From Parcubacteria group bacterium (GTDB lineage Bacteria > Patescibacteriota > Minisyncoccia > Moranbacterales > UBA2206): DNA of 64,000 nucleotides. The notes under the pieces are model-generated. The model ran no database searches. It saw only the letters and a program-made list of their open reading frames with translations, and was not told the origin of the DNA. The position numbers were made by a program, and so were the translations under genes. Location of the stretch: positions 26,721 to 90,720 of the forward strand of contig JBAYWF010000004.1 of assembly GCA_041674205.1 (NCBI GenBank), in the 5' to 3' direction. Positions 47,992 to 58,609 of the stretch are shown here, in pieces. Position 1 is the first letter of the stretch, and the number at the start of each line of letters is the position of its first letter.

Positions 47992-49611
47992 TTATTTTTT
48001 TATTTTATTATCAACAAGCGCCGCTCCCAAAAACAGCCACAGGTAACCCAGCATTATTCCTGAGTTGAATAGATTGGGAATCAGGATAGCGAAAAATCCG
48101 AGAAGCAGAAAGAGGCCGACAGTTTTTCTTTCCCTATCAGCCTGCATAAAACTCTGCAAAGCTCGAATCAGGATGATGACCAGCAGCATGACAAAAGACA
48201 ACAGGCCGAGCAGACCGGAACCCAGCCAAATTTCCAAAAAGATATTGCTGGCGTTGAGTCCCGCGCCGCGTTCGTCCGTACCCAGATAGCCGCTGATACT
48301 GCCCCAGCCGATGCCGAGTAGCGGATGCGCTTTGATCAGGTTCCAAGATTTGACATAGATCACGCTGCGGATGCTAATATTCGGGTCAGCGCGGTAAACT
48401 TCCGTCACGAAATTACCCTCCGCCTTTTCAGTGTCGATGTCTTCCAGGTCGATATGGCGGCAACCGATTTTTTCCAAGGATTCCAAATCAAGAGTTTCCG
48501 ATCCATCAAATTTTTCCTGTTGCCCGCAAGAAACCGTGATTTTCTGCAAACCGCTGCCGGTGCTTTGCACGCGATTGCCCAACTGGAAAGTCGTCAGCTG
48601 GAAAAAATAGACCGACGCGATGCTGACAACAAGCGCGGTCAAAATTCCGATTTTCAATTTAAATGTTTCTTTCCATCGCCAATTCGCCGGCTTAATTTTC
48701 AAATGCGTGAAAATGACGAACAAAAAAATAAAAGTCACCCCAAGCGCCCCCAGCCAAGCACTTCTTGAAACCGTCAAAATCAACAACACATATGTCGCGA
48801 CAAGCAACGCATACAAAAAAGTTTGGAAAATTAAAAATTTAGTAATTGAAAATTGTTTTAAAATTAAAAATTTAAAATTTAAAATTGAGGGACTATCCAG
48901 ATTATTCCCATTTCTGGAAAAATAATAAATCAAAGAATATACCAAAGCTATTAACATCACCAAAAATATTCCCAGCCAATCCGCTTCCGTGAATGTAGCA
49001 TTGGGCCGCCCCGGCATCACCTCAAAATTTGAAAGTCCCTGTGCGAAGCGCACGTTCTGCCAGGCACCATAAACCATCATAACGGCCGACGAGCTTAAAA
49101 AAAACGGGATAATTTTTTTCATATCCCCGCTTGTTTGCAAAAAATTCCGCGTTAAAAAATACAAGACCGCAAACGAAGCCAACACGATCGATTGTTTCAA
49201 ACTGACACCCCTGGACGATGAACCTATGGCGCTCAAAAATCCGGCTAGCGTCAAAATGATGACCAGATAGTCCGGCCAAACCGGTCTGGCAAGTTTGAAG
49301 TCAAGACGTTTGGTCGATAACCTGATAAGCAGAGCCAGAATCGTCACTCCGCCGAAAAATTGGTATGGACGGACGGCGATTCCTATTTCTGCCGGCGCTA
49401 AATTTATATTTTCCAACATAATCGTGCCGGCAAAAAACAGGAAGGCCCAGCCAGGCCGGTAAAGCGCCAGGGCTAGCGCCAGAATCGCGAAAAATATGAA
49501 ATCGCCCATTCCCATCGGCAAAATATTCAAATTGGACGACACGATCAAAAACAGGACCAATGCCGCATTGGCGCCCAGTAAAAAAATCCTATTCTGATTC
49601 TTTCCAAACAT
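47992..49611 (-). CDS. O-antigen ligase/Wzy-like membrane protein
   Basis: Multi-TM; RPNATF, LTVSRSAW, HPLLGIGWG, SNIFLEIWLGSG. Confidence 0.85.
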   Translation of the reverse strand: MFGKNQNRIFLLGANAALVLFLIVSSNLNILPMGMGDFIFFAILALALALYRPGWAFLFFAGTIMLENINLAPAEIGIAVRPYQFFGGVTILALLIRLSTKRLDFKLARPVWPDYLVIILTLAGFLSAIGSSSRGVSLKQSIVLASFAVLYFLTRNFLQTSGDMKKIIPFFLSSSAVMMVYGAWQNVRFAQGLSNFEVMPGRPNATFTEADWLGIFLVMLIALVYSLIYYFSRNGNNLDSPSILNFKFLILKQFSITKFLIFQTFLYALLVATYVLLILTVSRSAWLGALGVTFIFLFVIFTHLKIKPANWRWKETFKLKIGILTALVVSIASVYFFQLTTFQLGNRVQSTGSGLQKITVSCGQQEKFDGSETLDLESLEKIGCRHIDLEDIDTEKAEGNFVTEVYRADPNISIRSVIYVKSWNLIKAHPLLGIGWGSISGYLGTDERGAGLNASNIFLEIWLGSGLLGLLSFVMLLVIILIRALQSFMQADRERKTVGLFLLLGFFAILIPNLFNSGIMLGYLWLFLGAALVDNKIKK

Positions 49612-49624
49612 ATTCCTTATGCCG

Positions 49625-50806
49625 CTACAAATTTTTAATTATATTGAGCGCCTTATCGACGAATCTGTCCCAGGAAAAATAACCGGAGCGCTCTTTGCTG
49701 CGCCGCGCCAACACGGCGCGCAATTCCGGATTGACCAGGACGTTTTTCATCACCATCGCGATGTCGGCGATATCGTCCGGGTCGCAATACAGGATACTAT
49801 CCAGGCCGACTTCTGGCAAGGATGTCGTTTTGGAAGTCACGACCGGCATACCGACGCTCATCGCTTCCAAAACCGGAATGCCGAAACCTTCATAACGCGA
49901 CGGATATGCGAAAAAAAGCGCATTCGCGAACAAAGCCGGCATATCCGCCTGGGGCGTCCTGTCCAGCAGCTTCACTCGTCTGGTCAGATTGAGTTCGCGC
50001 ACCAATTTTTCAGCATCCAACGCCAGCGGCGCCAATTGGGGCAGCAGCTTTCCGTAGATGGCCAGCACGGGCATCTCTTTGATGAATCGCGCTTTTTTAT
50101 TCAATTCCACCAGATATTTATACGCGCGGATGGCACCCTCCACGTTTTTTCTGACTTCCATTCCCCCGCCGGCCAGGATATAGCCCGGCTTCAATTTGTA
50201 TTTATGTAAAATCTCCCGGCTTTTGGCTTGGGATATCCTTGATTTATATATTTCATCGCAATCATTATAATTCACGCTGATATCTTCAGCCTTGATTCCT
50301 AAGTGCCGGATCAAATCCTTTTCCGTCCTGACCGAAACCGCCAGGAGTTTGTCCGCGCGTTTGATCGCCCTTTCCGTCAAAGACCAATAAATCTTCTTGC
50401 GCGAATTGTTCAAATATTCCGGAAACAGCTTCGGCACGATATCATGCACCAGCATCAAATGCTTGATGCCATCCGGCATGACGGTCGGGCACTGGTAGGG
50501 CGAGAAGAAAGCGTCGCAACCGTCCCGTTTAGCCATACGCGGCAAATAATATTTTTCCCACAAAACCTTGCGGATCAAGTCATCCCGTTTCCAGAACGGC
50601 AAAAAAATCCTTTTTTGGAAATTTTCCGGCAACTTGATATCTTCCGGAAAATCTTCTTCCAAATACAAAACGAATTCCAATTTATCATTTTTTGAAATTT
50701 GAAATTTAGAGTTCGAAACCGCCAACTTTTTTAAGAAGTTGGTCGTCACCTGGCCGATGCCGGATGAAGCTTTTCTAGCGAATGACGCGTTGATTCCGAT
50801 TTTCAT
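49625..50806 (-). CDS. Glycosyltransferase family 4
   Basis: VHDIVP, EVRKN, PSRYEGFGIPVLEAM. Confidence 0.93.
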   Translation of the reverse strand: MKIGINASFARKASSGIGQVTTNFLKKLAVSNSKFQISKNDKLEFVLYLEEDFPEDIKLPENFQKRIFLPFWKRDDLIRKVLWEKYYLPRMAKRDGCDAFFSPYQCPTVMPDGIKHLMLVHDIVPKLFPEYLNNSRKKIYWSLTERAIKRADKLLAVSVRTEKDLIRHLGIKAEDISVNYNDCDEIYKSRISQAKSREILHKYKLKPGYILAGGGMEVRKNVEGAIRAYKYLVELNKKARFIKEMPVLAIYGKLLPQLAPLALDAEKLVRELNLTRRVKLLDRTPQADMPALFANALFFAYPSRYEGFGIPVLEAMSVGMPVVTSKTTSLPEVGLDSILYCDPDDIADIAMVMKNVLVNPELRAVLARRSKERSGYFSWDRFVDKALNIIKNL

Positions 50807-50857
50807 AATATTAATAGCATTATACCCGAAAAAATCATTTTAAACAAAAAATCCACA

Positions 50858-50886
50858 TTGACATCCGGACAGTCTGACGATATAAT
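50858..50886 (+). promoter_or_regulatory. Perfect-consensus sigma70 promoter, probably leaderless
   Basis: TTGACA-N17-TATAAT-N6-ATG. Confidence 0.75.
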
Positions 50887-50892
50887 CAGGCT

Positions 50893-51186
50893 ATGGAGAA
50901 AAATGATCCGGCAAAAAACGGGATGACGATCGATGATCTGGCAAGGATCGTCCAAGGCGGTTTTTTGAACGTGGAAGGAAGGTTGGATACTATGGAGGGA
51001 AAACTGGGAACTATGGAAGGAAGGCTGGATACTATGGAAGGCAGACTGGATAAAATCGAAAACACTGTCGATGAGATAAAGACGGCCGTAGATAACATCC
51101 AAGCCGATCTGAACAAGAAAGTCGACAGGATCGACCACAACACGCTGACATACCGCGTGGAAAAATTGGAGGATAAATTCGTGTAG
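50893..51186 (+). CDS. Small coiled-coil protein with heptad repeats
   Basis: MTIDDLARIVQGGF followed by (EGRLDTM)n; has its own promoter and terminator. Confidence 0.75.
   Translation: MEKNDPAKNGMTIDDLARIVQGGFLNVEGRLDTMEGKLGTMEGRLDTMEGRLDKIENTVDEIKTAVDNIQADLNKKVDRIDHNTLTYRVEKLEDKFV
50974..51057 (+). repeat. Four degenerate 21-bp tandem repeats
   Basis: GAAGGAAGGTTGGATACTATG-like units encoding EGRLDTM/EGKLGTM/EGRLDTM/EGRLDKI. Confidence 0.8.
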
Positions 51187-51204
51187 GAACAAAATAGCCT
51201 TTAT

Positions 51205-51232
51205 AAAAATCCGGCGGCAAGCCGTTTTTTTT
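51205..51232 (+). terminator. Intrinsic terminator
   Basis: CGGC-GGCAA-GCCG followed by a long T-run. Confidence 0.5.
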
Positions 51233-51357
51233 ATTTTCCAATATTCCTTGCCGGCAAGCCGATAGTCTGGACGGAAAAACACGCCCCCTTGGTTTTACAT
51301 TATTTTTAAAACCGCTTATAATAATTCGAGCGGATTAATTTATAATTTCCAAAAAAA

Positions 51358-52638
51358 ATGGAACAGAAAAAAGAGAAGGTCTGCGTGATCGGCCTCGGAT
51401 ATGTCGGTTTGCCGTTGGCGGTGCGTTGCGTCGAGAAAGGCTATGAAACTTTCGGACTCGATATGGACAAAAATAAAGTCGATCTCATCAACCAAGGCAA
51501 GAGCCCGATTGAAGAAAAATTCCTAGCGGATAATCTGCCTGCGCACAGGCCGCAGGCGACTACTGATGAAAAAATCATCAAGCAAGCGGACATTATCCTC
51601 ATTTGCGTGCCGACTCCGGTCGATAGCCTCTATATGCCTGATCTCGGTCCGGTCATCGGCGCGACGGAAGCGGTCGTGCGCAACCTGAAAAAAGGCGCCT
51701 TAGTCGTCCTGGAATCGACCGTCAATCCGGGAGTGAGCGAAGAAATCGTAAAACCGCTTTTTGAAGAAGCCGGTTTCAAGGTCGGCCAAGACGTTTTCAT
51801 CGCGCATTGTCCGGAACGCATCAATCCAGGCGACCCGAAGTGGAACGTCACCAATATCCCGCGCGTAGTCGGCTCGTTCGACAAGCAAGGATTGGCAACG
51901 GCCGTAAAATTTTATGAAAGCATCGTGGACGGCGGAATCCGTCCGATGAAATCCATCCGCGAAGCTGAAGCCGTGAAAATCGTGGAAAATTCATTCCGCG
52001 ACATCAATATCGCTTTCGTCAATGAACTGGCCAAGTCTTTTGATAAGCTTGGCATCGACGTCAAAGACGTGGTCCTGGGCGCTTCGACCAAGCCGTTCGC
52101 TTTTATGCCCCATTTCCCTTCTTGCGGCGTCGGCGGGCATTGCATCCCGGTCGACCCGTACTACCTTATCGAACGCGCCAAGAAATCCGGCTTCGATCAC
52201 AAATTCCTGAAAATCGCCCGGGAAATAAACAACTCGATGCCGTCATACACCGTCGAGCTCCTGCAAGACGCCCTGAATGAAATACGCTTGCCAATGAAAG
52301 GAACCAAAATCGGAGTCTTGGGGATTTCCTATAAAGCCAATGTCGACGATACGCGGGAATCACCAACCTTCAAAATATTAGCCTTACTTGATGAACATAG
52401 TTCCAAATATGAGACTTTCGATCCGCACATCCTAAAAAGATCGACCGTCAAAACACTGGCAGCATTGCTCAAAAAAGTCGACGCTCTCATAATCGCCACC
52501 GACCACAAAGAATTCAAAGAAATCGATCCGAAAATATTCAAGCAAAACGGGATCAAGGTCATCATCGATGGAAAAAATTGTCTGGATAAAGATGCGATTA
52601 AAAAACTCGGTATCATTTATAAGGGTATCGGCAGATAG
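51358..52638 (+). CDS. UDP-N-acetylhexosamine 6-dehydrogenase (WbpA/WbpO/WecC family)
   Basis: GLGYVGLPLA, CVPTP, ESTV, CPERINPG, GVGGHCIPVDP, YKANVDDTRESP. Confidence 0.93.
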   Translation: MEQKKEKVCVIGLGYVGLPLAVRCVEKGYETFGLDMDKNKVDLINQGKSPIEEKFLADNLPAHRPQATTDEKIIKQADIILICVPTPVDSLYMPDLGPVIGATEAVVRNLKKGALVVLESTVNPGVSEEIVKPLFEEAGFKVGQDVFIAHCPERINPGDPKWNVTNIPRVVGSFDKQGLATAVKFYESIVDGGIRPMKSIREAEAVKIVENSFRDINIAFVNELAKSFDKLGIDVKDVVLGASTKPFAFMPHFPSCGVGGHCIPVDPYYLIERAKKSGFDHKFLKIAREINNSMPSYTVELLQDALNEIRLPMKGTKIGVLGISYKANVDDTRESPTFKILALLDEHSSKYETFDPHILKRSTVKTLAALLKKVDALIIATDHKEFKEIDPKIFKQNGIKVIIDGKNCLDKDAIKKLGIIYKGIGR

Positions 52639-52729
52639 CGCTGTCCGATTGTTAATACTTGCTTAAATCAGGAAATAAAAGGTATAATCAGGATGGATTA
52701 TGCCTTTTTAATTTTTTAAAAACAAGAGG

Positions 52730-52957
52730 ATGTTCGACATACTAAAATTTATCGTCTGGATTTCAGGTTTGGCAGTCATAGCCTACTTCGCTTTGCCGTA
52801 TTTCGGCTATGAAGTAAATCTGAATTATCTTAACGAAAGCAAAGAAAAATGCCAAGAAAGCGTCAATAATTGCACCAAAGAATTGGTCCAGCAAGGGACT
52901 AAGAATGCCAAGTGCGATTTCAGCTGCGCCGATCCTTTAATAATTAAGAAAAAATAA
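52730..52957 (+). CDS. Small membrane protein with a Cys-rich C-terminus
   Basis: N-terminal TM; TAATG coupling with the next gene. Confidence 0.65.
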   Translation: MFDILKFIVWISGLAVIAYFALPYFGYEVNLNYLNESKEKCQESVNNCTKELVQQGTKNAKCDFSCADPLIIKKK

Positions 52958-53940
52958 TGAAGCTTATCGTAAATATCCCGGCATACAATGAAGATACCCT
53001 TATCGGAGGAACCATCCAGAAAATCAAAGAAAGTTTCAACGCTGAATTTTATTCGAAAAAAGGAGCGGCCATCGATGAAAAAATAATCCAAGTGGTTGAC
53101 GACGGCTCGACCGACGACACGGCGCGAAAAGCCAAAGAAGCCGGCGCGGACATAGTTATTTCCTACAAACCCAATCGGCGCTTGGCTTATTCTTTCAAAC
53201 AAGCGGTCGAAAGCTCTCTGAAAAATAACGCCGACCTGATGGTCAATATCGATGCAGACGGGCAATTCAATCCATATGACATTCCCAAGCTCCTAACTCC
53301 TATCTTGGACGGGAAAGCCGATATGGTCATCGCCAACCGCTTCGGGGAAAAAGAAGCTAAAAATATCCCCTGGATCAGAAAAAGCCTGAACAAATTCGCC
53401 GCCAATGTCATCGGTTTTTTTCTCAATTACAAAACCAACGACCTGACTTGCGGTTTTCGCGCCCATAATCGCGAAACCCTTTTGAAATTAAATCTGACCA
53501 ACGTCCATTTCACCTACACCCAGGAAACCATCATCGACGCAATCGGCAAAAACCTGAAGCTTTTTTGGGTACCGATCGAAGTCACTTATTTTGATAACCG
53601 CGATGCCAAGATAACCAAGTCTATCTGGAAATTCGTCAATAATTCCACCAAAATCATCCTGAAGGCTATCCGCGATATCCGGCCGATGAAATTTTTCGGA
53701 ATCCCGGGACTATTCCTGATTTTCCTGTCGCTCGTCTCACTTGGAATTTTTCTAGTCAACTATTCCATCAGTTTTCAAATCACACCTTTTCGCAACTACC
53801 TGATTTTCGGCATCGCGCTGTTTTTAGTCGGCCTGCAATTCGTCGTGTTCGCCCTCATCGCCGATATGATCAAATCCTCCCGCCAGCTTACGGAGGAATT
53901 GATGTACCAATGGAAAAAAGACCGCTACGACACCAAATAA
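52957..53940 (+). CDS. Glycosyltransferase family 2 (polyprenol-phosphate sugar synthase-like)
   Basis: IPAYNE, VVDDGSTD, IDADGQ, CGFRA, two C-terminal TMs. Confidence 0.92.
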   Translation: MKLIVNIPAYNEDTLIGGTIQKIKESFNAEFYSKKGAAIDEKIIQVVDDGSTDDTARKAKEAGADIVISYKPNRRLAYSFKQAVESSLKNNADLMVNIDADGQFNPYDIPKLLTPILDGKADMVIANRFGEKEAKNIPWIRKSLNKFAANVIGFFLNYKTNDLTCGFRAHNRETLLKLNLTNVHFTYTQETIIDAIGKNLKLFWVPIEVTYFDNRDAKITKSIWKFVNNSTKIILKAIRDIRPMKFFGIPGLFLIFLSLVSLGIFLVNYSISFQITPFRNYLIFGIALFLVGLQFVVFALIADMIKSSRQLTEELMYQWKKDRYDTK

Positions 53941-54055
53941 CGGATATTCTCCAAAAAAAATCTTCCAGATTATGGCTTTCGAAAAAACCGGTCCGCTTCC
54001 TTGAAAGATGCTATGTTTTGAGGTAGAATAGAACAGTAACTTGCTAAGATAAATT

Positions 54056-55177
54056 ATGCGGATTTTATTCATATCACACTCTTTCCCGCCGATTTTCGGC
54101 GGAGTCGAAAGGCAAAACTACTACCTGTCAGAAGGCTTGAAAAAACACGCCGCAGTCACAGTAATCGCCAATACCAAGGGCAAATGGTTTTTGCCTGTTT
54201 TTTTGCCGGTCACTTTCCTGCGGGCGCTTTTTCTGATGCCATCCTATGATGTCTGCCTGGTCGGCAACGGCGTCCTGGCTCCGATCGCCGCCGGCTTGAA
54301 AATTTTCCATCCTGGAAAAAAATTCTTTTCCGTCGTCCACGGCTTGGATATCACCTTCGCCAGCAAAAAAGGCCTCCTCTCAAAAATTTACAAAGCCGTA
54401 AATATCCCTTCCCTGAAAAAATTAGATCGATTATTTATGGTCGGCAACCAAACTATCGATGAAGCGGTCAAGATCGGTATCGCCCGCGAGCATTGCATTT
54501 TCATCCCCAACGGCATCCTTTTGGACGAATTGACTATCCCCTGCTCCAGACAGGATATGGAAAAGATTTTAGGAATCAATATTACCGGAAAAAAAATTAT
54601 CTTGCGGGTCGGAAGGCTAGTCCCACACAAAGGCGTCCATTGGTTCATCCGCAATGTCTTGCCGAAATTACCGGATAATTATTTTTTTGCCGCAGTCGGC
54701 GGAATCGTTTCCGATAACGCGGCTGGCGATAAAAATGACTTCCCTATTTGTGAAAAAGCCATCCAAGAACTCGGCCTCCAACAGCGGGCCAAACTTATCG
54801 GCAACATACCGGAGCCTGATAAATTGATATTGATGAATTGCGCCGATTTGCATATCGGCCCGAACATCCAAGTGCCGGGATCGATGGAAGGCTTCGGCAT
54901 CACCGCTATCGAAGGCGGCGCTTGCGGAAAAGTCATACTAGCCTCTAACCTGGAAGGCCTCAAGGACGCGATCAAAGACGGTGAGAACGGATTTTTGGTC
55001 GAACCGGGCGATGCCGACGCGTATGTTAAAAAAATCAACGAGCTTCTGTCCGATGACGGTTTCCGGGAAGAATTCGGCGCCAAAGCCCGGCAATATGTGC
55101 TGGACAATTTCAGTTGGGACAATATTTCCAAAAAATATTTGGAAGAAATCCAGAAGACCATCGCTATTAAGCAATAA
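54056..55177 (+). CDS. Glycosyltransferase family 4
   Basis: FPPIFGGVE, HGLD, VGRLVPHKG, EGFGITAIEG. Confidence 0.92.
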   Translation: MRILFISHSFPPIFGGVERQNYYLSEGLKKHAAVTVIANTKGKWFLPVFLPVTFLRALFLMPSYDVCLVGNGVLAPIAAGLKIFHPGKKFFSVVHGLDITFASKKGLLSKIYKAVNIPSLKKLDRLFMVGNQTIDEAVKIGIAREHCIFIPNGILLDELTIPCSRQDMEKILGINITGKKIILRVGRLVPHKGVHWFIRNVLPKLPDNYFFAAVGGIVSDNAAGDKNDFPICEKAIQELGLQQRAKLIGNIPEPDKLILMNCADLHIGPNIQVPGSMEGFGITAIEGGACGKVILASNLEGLKDAIKDGENGFLVEPGDADAYVKKINELLSDDGFREEFGAKARQYVLDNFSWDNISKKYLEEIQKTIAIKQ

Positions 55178-55183
55178 AATATC

Positions 55184-57082
55184 ATGTTCGGATCCATAAC
55201 CGGTCAAATATCGTTTTATGCCACGCTGGCCCTTGCGTTTTTCTTGCCGGGCTACGTTTTGCTGCTGGCGATATTCGGAAAAAGCAAGAGCCTAAGCACG
55301 CTCGAAAGATCCATACTGCCATTCGGCCTCGGCATCATCAGCGTTGATTTTTTGAATTTTTCCTTAGCCGGCCTGCACCTGCCGATCACCCGCCTTTCGC
55401 TTTCCATCAGCATCGCCATCTTCATTTCCATTTGCTGGGCTATTTTCAAACTTCACCGGAAAAACACCAACACAGACACGGAAAGTTCCCTATTCAATTT
55501 TTCCAAATCCCAATTGACTCTGATTTTACTCCTGATTTTCCTGACCGTCTTCATCAAGACCGCCTATCTTTCCGACACTGTTTTTCCGACTTCCACCGAT
55601 ATGGGCCACCATATGTATTGGACGCAATGGATGATCGACAACCACCGCTTGCCGGACTATGACCAGATGCCGGATTTCATCATCGGCGAACAAATCCCGT
55701 TCGGCACGATCGGCATCCTAAGCGGTGCCAGCGTCTTTTCCGCCTTCCCCGTCGTGATGCTTCTGCTCGTGAACCTTTTGGGCATACTGACGGTTTTCAT
55801 CCTGACCCTGCGCATATTCAAACGGAAAAATATCGCCATCCTGATCCTGCTTTTTTTGGGCGTCCTATATGCCATAACTTCCCCCCAAGCCAAGTTTGTC
55901 AGCGGAGGAGTCGTCGGCAATATCCTGGGAAACCTGCTGATGCCGCTTGCTTTTTATTTTTATTACCGTTCGCTGGAATTCTTCGAAACCGGCTTCGCGG
56001 CGGCGGAAAACTCCCGCGCCTTTCTCGCCCTCGCGATTTTCACGACCTTCGGGCTGTTCTATACCCATCACCTCACCGCCTTCATCCTCCTCTTCATTTT
56101 CGCGATGATCGCCGCCATATTTTTTATCGCCAACTTCAAGGATTTGAAAAACATTTTCCCGGCTTTATCACGTCTTATTTTTTCTCCCCAAGTCCTCGCG
56201 ACCTTTTTTGCCGGACTTGTCTTTTTCTTTTTCATCTTCACCCCGAACTATGTCAAAAATAGCGCCGTCAACACCGCCGTCGGAGCGCCTAGCAAGGAAA
56301 CCCGCGTCGGACTGACGATGGAAAACCTGCGCTCCTCCATCGGCGAAGCCCGGATCGCCTTAGGCTTCCTGGGCGTCATAATCCTTATCGCCGGATTCAA
56401 GAAAAGGAATTTCGGACACTCCATCATCCTCGCCTGGGCGGTGATGATTTTCCTGATGTCGACCCAGCCGCATGTGCTATTCATAAACCTTCCCAGTAAC
56501 CGCATCGGGAATTACCTATCTTATCCCATCGCCATCCTCAGCGCCTATTCGCTCTACACCCTCTTCGGAGCGGACAAAAAATCAAAGGTGCTGGGACTCG
56601 CATCTTCTGGCAATCTCATCCGCGCCGGATTCATCGTGGCTTTGACTTTCGTCCTGGTGGACGGGATTTCCGACTCAGCCGCCGCTTTCAAAGACAAAAC
56701 CGATCTCGCTCCGGTCGCGCAGACTTTCGACGCTTCCAATTACCTCGCCCAAAAAACTTCTTCAAGCGATATGATCCTGAAAGATCACAACTACATCACT
56801 GCCGACTCTTGGATGAAGATTTTTCTGATGCGCGGCTACAAATATCCGCTTTCACGCGGCTATTTCAAACGTTATGAAGATGAAACCAAACCGCGCGAAA
56901 TGTGCACCCTGCAGATGATCGCCAGCCCTGACAACGCGGAAGCCCGGGATTGTTTCGCCGAAACCGGCACAGATTTCATTATGATCAACCCGCGCTACGA
57001 CAGCGCCCAATTCAGAAAACTGAAAAATTTCGACCAGACCTATTCCAGCTCCGGCATCAATATTTATTATCGCAATAATTGA
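55184..57082 (+). CDS. Polytopic membrane protein, probable GT-C-fold glycosyltransferase
   Basis: >12 TM; loop TSTDMGHH after the first TM bundle; THH motif; soluble C-terminal domain; glycan-locus context. Confidence 0.6.
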   Translation: MFGSITGQISFYATLALAFFLPGYVLLLAIFGKSKSLSTLERSILPFGLGIISVDFLNFSLAGLHLPITRLSLSISIAIFISICWAIFKLHRKNTNTDTESSLFNFSKSQLTLILLLIFLTVFIKTAYLSDTVFPTSTDMGHHMYWTQWMIDNHRLPDYDQMPDFIIGEQIPFGTIGILSGASVFSAFPVVMLLLVNLLGILTVFILTLRIFKRKNIAILILLFLGVLYAITSPQAKFVSGGVVGNILGNLLMPLAFYFYYRSLEFFETGFAAAENSRAFLALAIFTTFGLFYTHHLTAFILLFIFAMIAAIFFIANFKDLKNIFPALSRLIFSPQVLATFFAGLVFFFFIFTPNYVKNSAVNTAVGAPSKETRVGLTMENLRSSIGEARIALGFLGVIILIAGFKKRNFGHSIILAWAVMIFLMSTQPHVLFINLPSNRIGNYLSYPIAILSAYSLYTLFGADKKSKVLGLASSGNLIRAGFIVALTFVLVDGISDSAAAFKDKTDLAPVAQTFDASNYLAQKTSSSDMILKDHNYITADSWMKIFLMRGYKYPLSRGYFKRYEDETKPREMCTLQMIASPDNAEARDCFAETGTDFIMINPRYDSAQFRKLKNFDQTYSSSGINIYYRNN

Positions 57083-57083
57083 T

Positions 57084-57458
57084 ATGTTAAAAATAAACCC
57101 AACTAACCGGATCATCTATTTTTTCCTGGCCCTATTCCTGGCTAGTTCCGCCTATTTGTTCGCCATCGATTCGCGCTATAATAACCCGGAATATAACACC
57201 GACTGGTATGCCGTGTCTTTCACCGACCCCAAATCCGACCGTCTGGATTTCGCCATTGAAAATTTCAGCTCCCGGACGGATTTCCATTGGGAAATCCTAG
57301 CCGACAACACGGAAAAGATTTCCCAAGGCGATGTTGAGATAAAAACCGGAGAAAGAAAAGAACTGAGCCCTTTGGGAAACGTGTCCGATAAAAAAATGAC
57401 CATCCGGGTTTCCACCGGAGAGAACGTGCAGGAAATCTATAAAAACATAAGGAACTGA
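57084..57458 (+). CDS. Hypothetical membrane-anchored or exported protein
   Basis: N-terminal hydrophobic segment; tightly spaced in operon. Confidence 0.65.
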   Translation: MLKINPTNRIIYFFLALFLASSAYLFAIDSRYNNPEYNTDWYAVSFTDPKSDRLDFAIENFSSRTDFHWEILADNTEKISQGDVEIKTGERKELSPLGNVSDKKMTIRVSTGENVQEIYKNIRN

Positions 57459-57459
57459 T

Positions 57460-58581
57460 ATGGCTAACCCTAAAAAAATCCTCTTGGTCACGCGGCCCAT
57501 CGCTCCGCCTTGGGACGAGGCTTCCAAAAATTTCGCCTACTATCTGGCGCGCAATATTTCGGGCGTGGAAATCAACCTTTTGACCAACGGACTCGTACCG
57601 AATCTGCCGTCCAACGTACGCCAAAGGCCGATTTACACTTCCAACCGCCTTTCTTGGTTGCAACGCGCCCGCCTGTTGAAACTGATGCGCATCCGAAAAG
57701 ATTTCGATATCCTGCATTTTATGCTCACCCCTAACAAACTCAACGCGTTCGGTTTCAAAACTTTCATAAAAAACAAAAAGGCCCGCACCATCCAGACCAT
57801 TGCCACTTTGCGCGAAGACCTATTCCAAGACAAGGATTACGCAGGGATGCTTTTTGCCGATCTCATCATCACCTATTCGGACTATGCCAAAAACAAGCTC
57901 AACGGCCTGGGATTCAATAATGTCAAACGCGTCTATCCCGGAATCGACCTCGATTATTATTCACCGCGATTGAAAGACGCGGAGGCGATGGAAAAAATCG
58001 GAATTGCCAAGCAGGATTTCGTAGTGACCTATCCGGGGGAGTATGTCCGCCTAGGCGCGACTGACGACATCGTGGATATGGTAATCGGGAGCGCCGAAGA
58101 ACTCCGGAAAAGGAAAATCAAAATCGTCCTGGCCTGCCGCCTCAAAAATGACCCGGAAGCCATCCGCAAGAAAGCTGAAGTGATCGAACGCCTCCAAAAA
58201 AATTCCGTCCTGGACCGGATAATCTTCATAGATATTTTTCCTGATATGGCCGCCCTCTACAATCTGTCGGATGTGATCATTTTTCCAGTGCGGAATATGC
58301 GCGGAAAATTCGACGTGCCGTTGGCCGCCGTGGAACCGATGGCCTGCAAAAAACCGGTAATCGTTTCCGATCTGCCGATTCTCAAAGAATTCGCCAATGA
58401 AAAAAATTCCATCACCGTCCATGCCGGAAATACCCGGGAGTTGGCGGATGGGATCTTCGACCTGCAAGACCATCCGGAAAAAAGAAGCGCTCTCGGCGAA
58501 GGAGGACGCGAATTCTGCGAAGAAAATTTAGACATCAAGAAAGTCGCCGCCATCTATGGAAAAATTTACGAAAAATTATAA
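57460..58581 (+). CDS. Glycosyltransferase family 4
   Basis: YPGIDL, PLAAVEPMACKKPVIVSDL. Confidence 0.85.
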   Translation: MANPKKILLVTRPIAPPWDEASKNFAYYLARNISGVEINLLTNGLVPNLPSNVRQRPIYTSNRLSWLQRARLLKLMRIRKDFDILHFMLTPNKLNAFGFKTFIKNKKARTIQTIATLREDLFQDKDYAGMLFADLIITYSDYAKNKLNGLGFNNVKRVYPGIDLDYYSPRLKDAEAMEKIGIAKQDFVVTYPGEYVRLGATDDIVDMVIGSAEELRKRKIKIVLACRLKNDPEAIRKKAEVIERLQKNSVLDRIIFIDIFPDMAALYNLSDVIIFPVRNMRGKFDVPLAAVEPMACKKPVIVSDLPILKEFANEKNSITVHAGNTRELADGIFDLQDHPEKRSALGEGGREFCEENLDIKKVAAIYGKIYEKL

Positions 58582-58609
58582 GCCTTTAATCCGCCTAATC
58601 ATCCCATTT

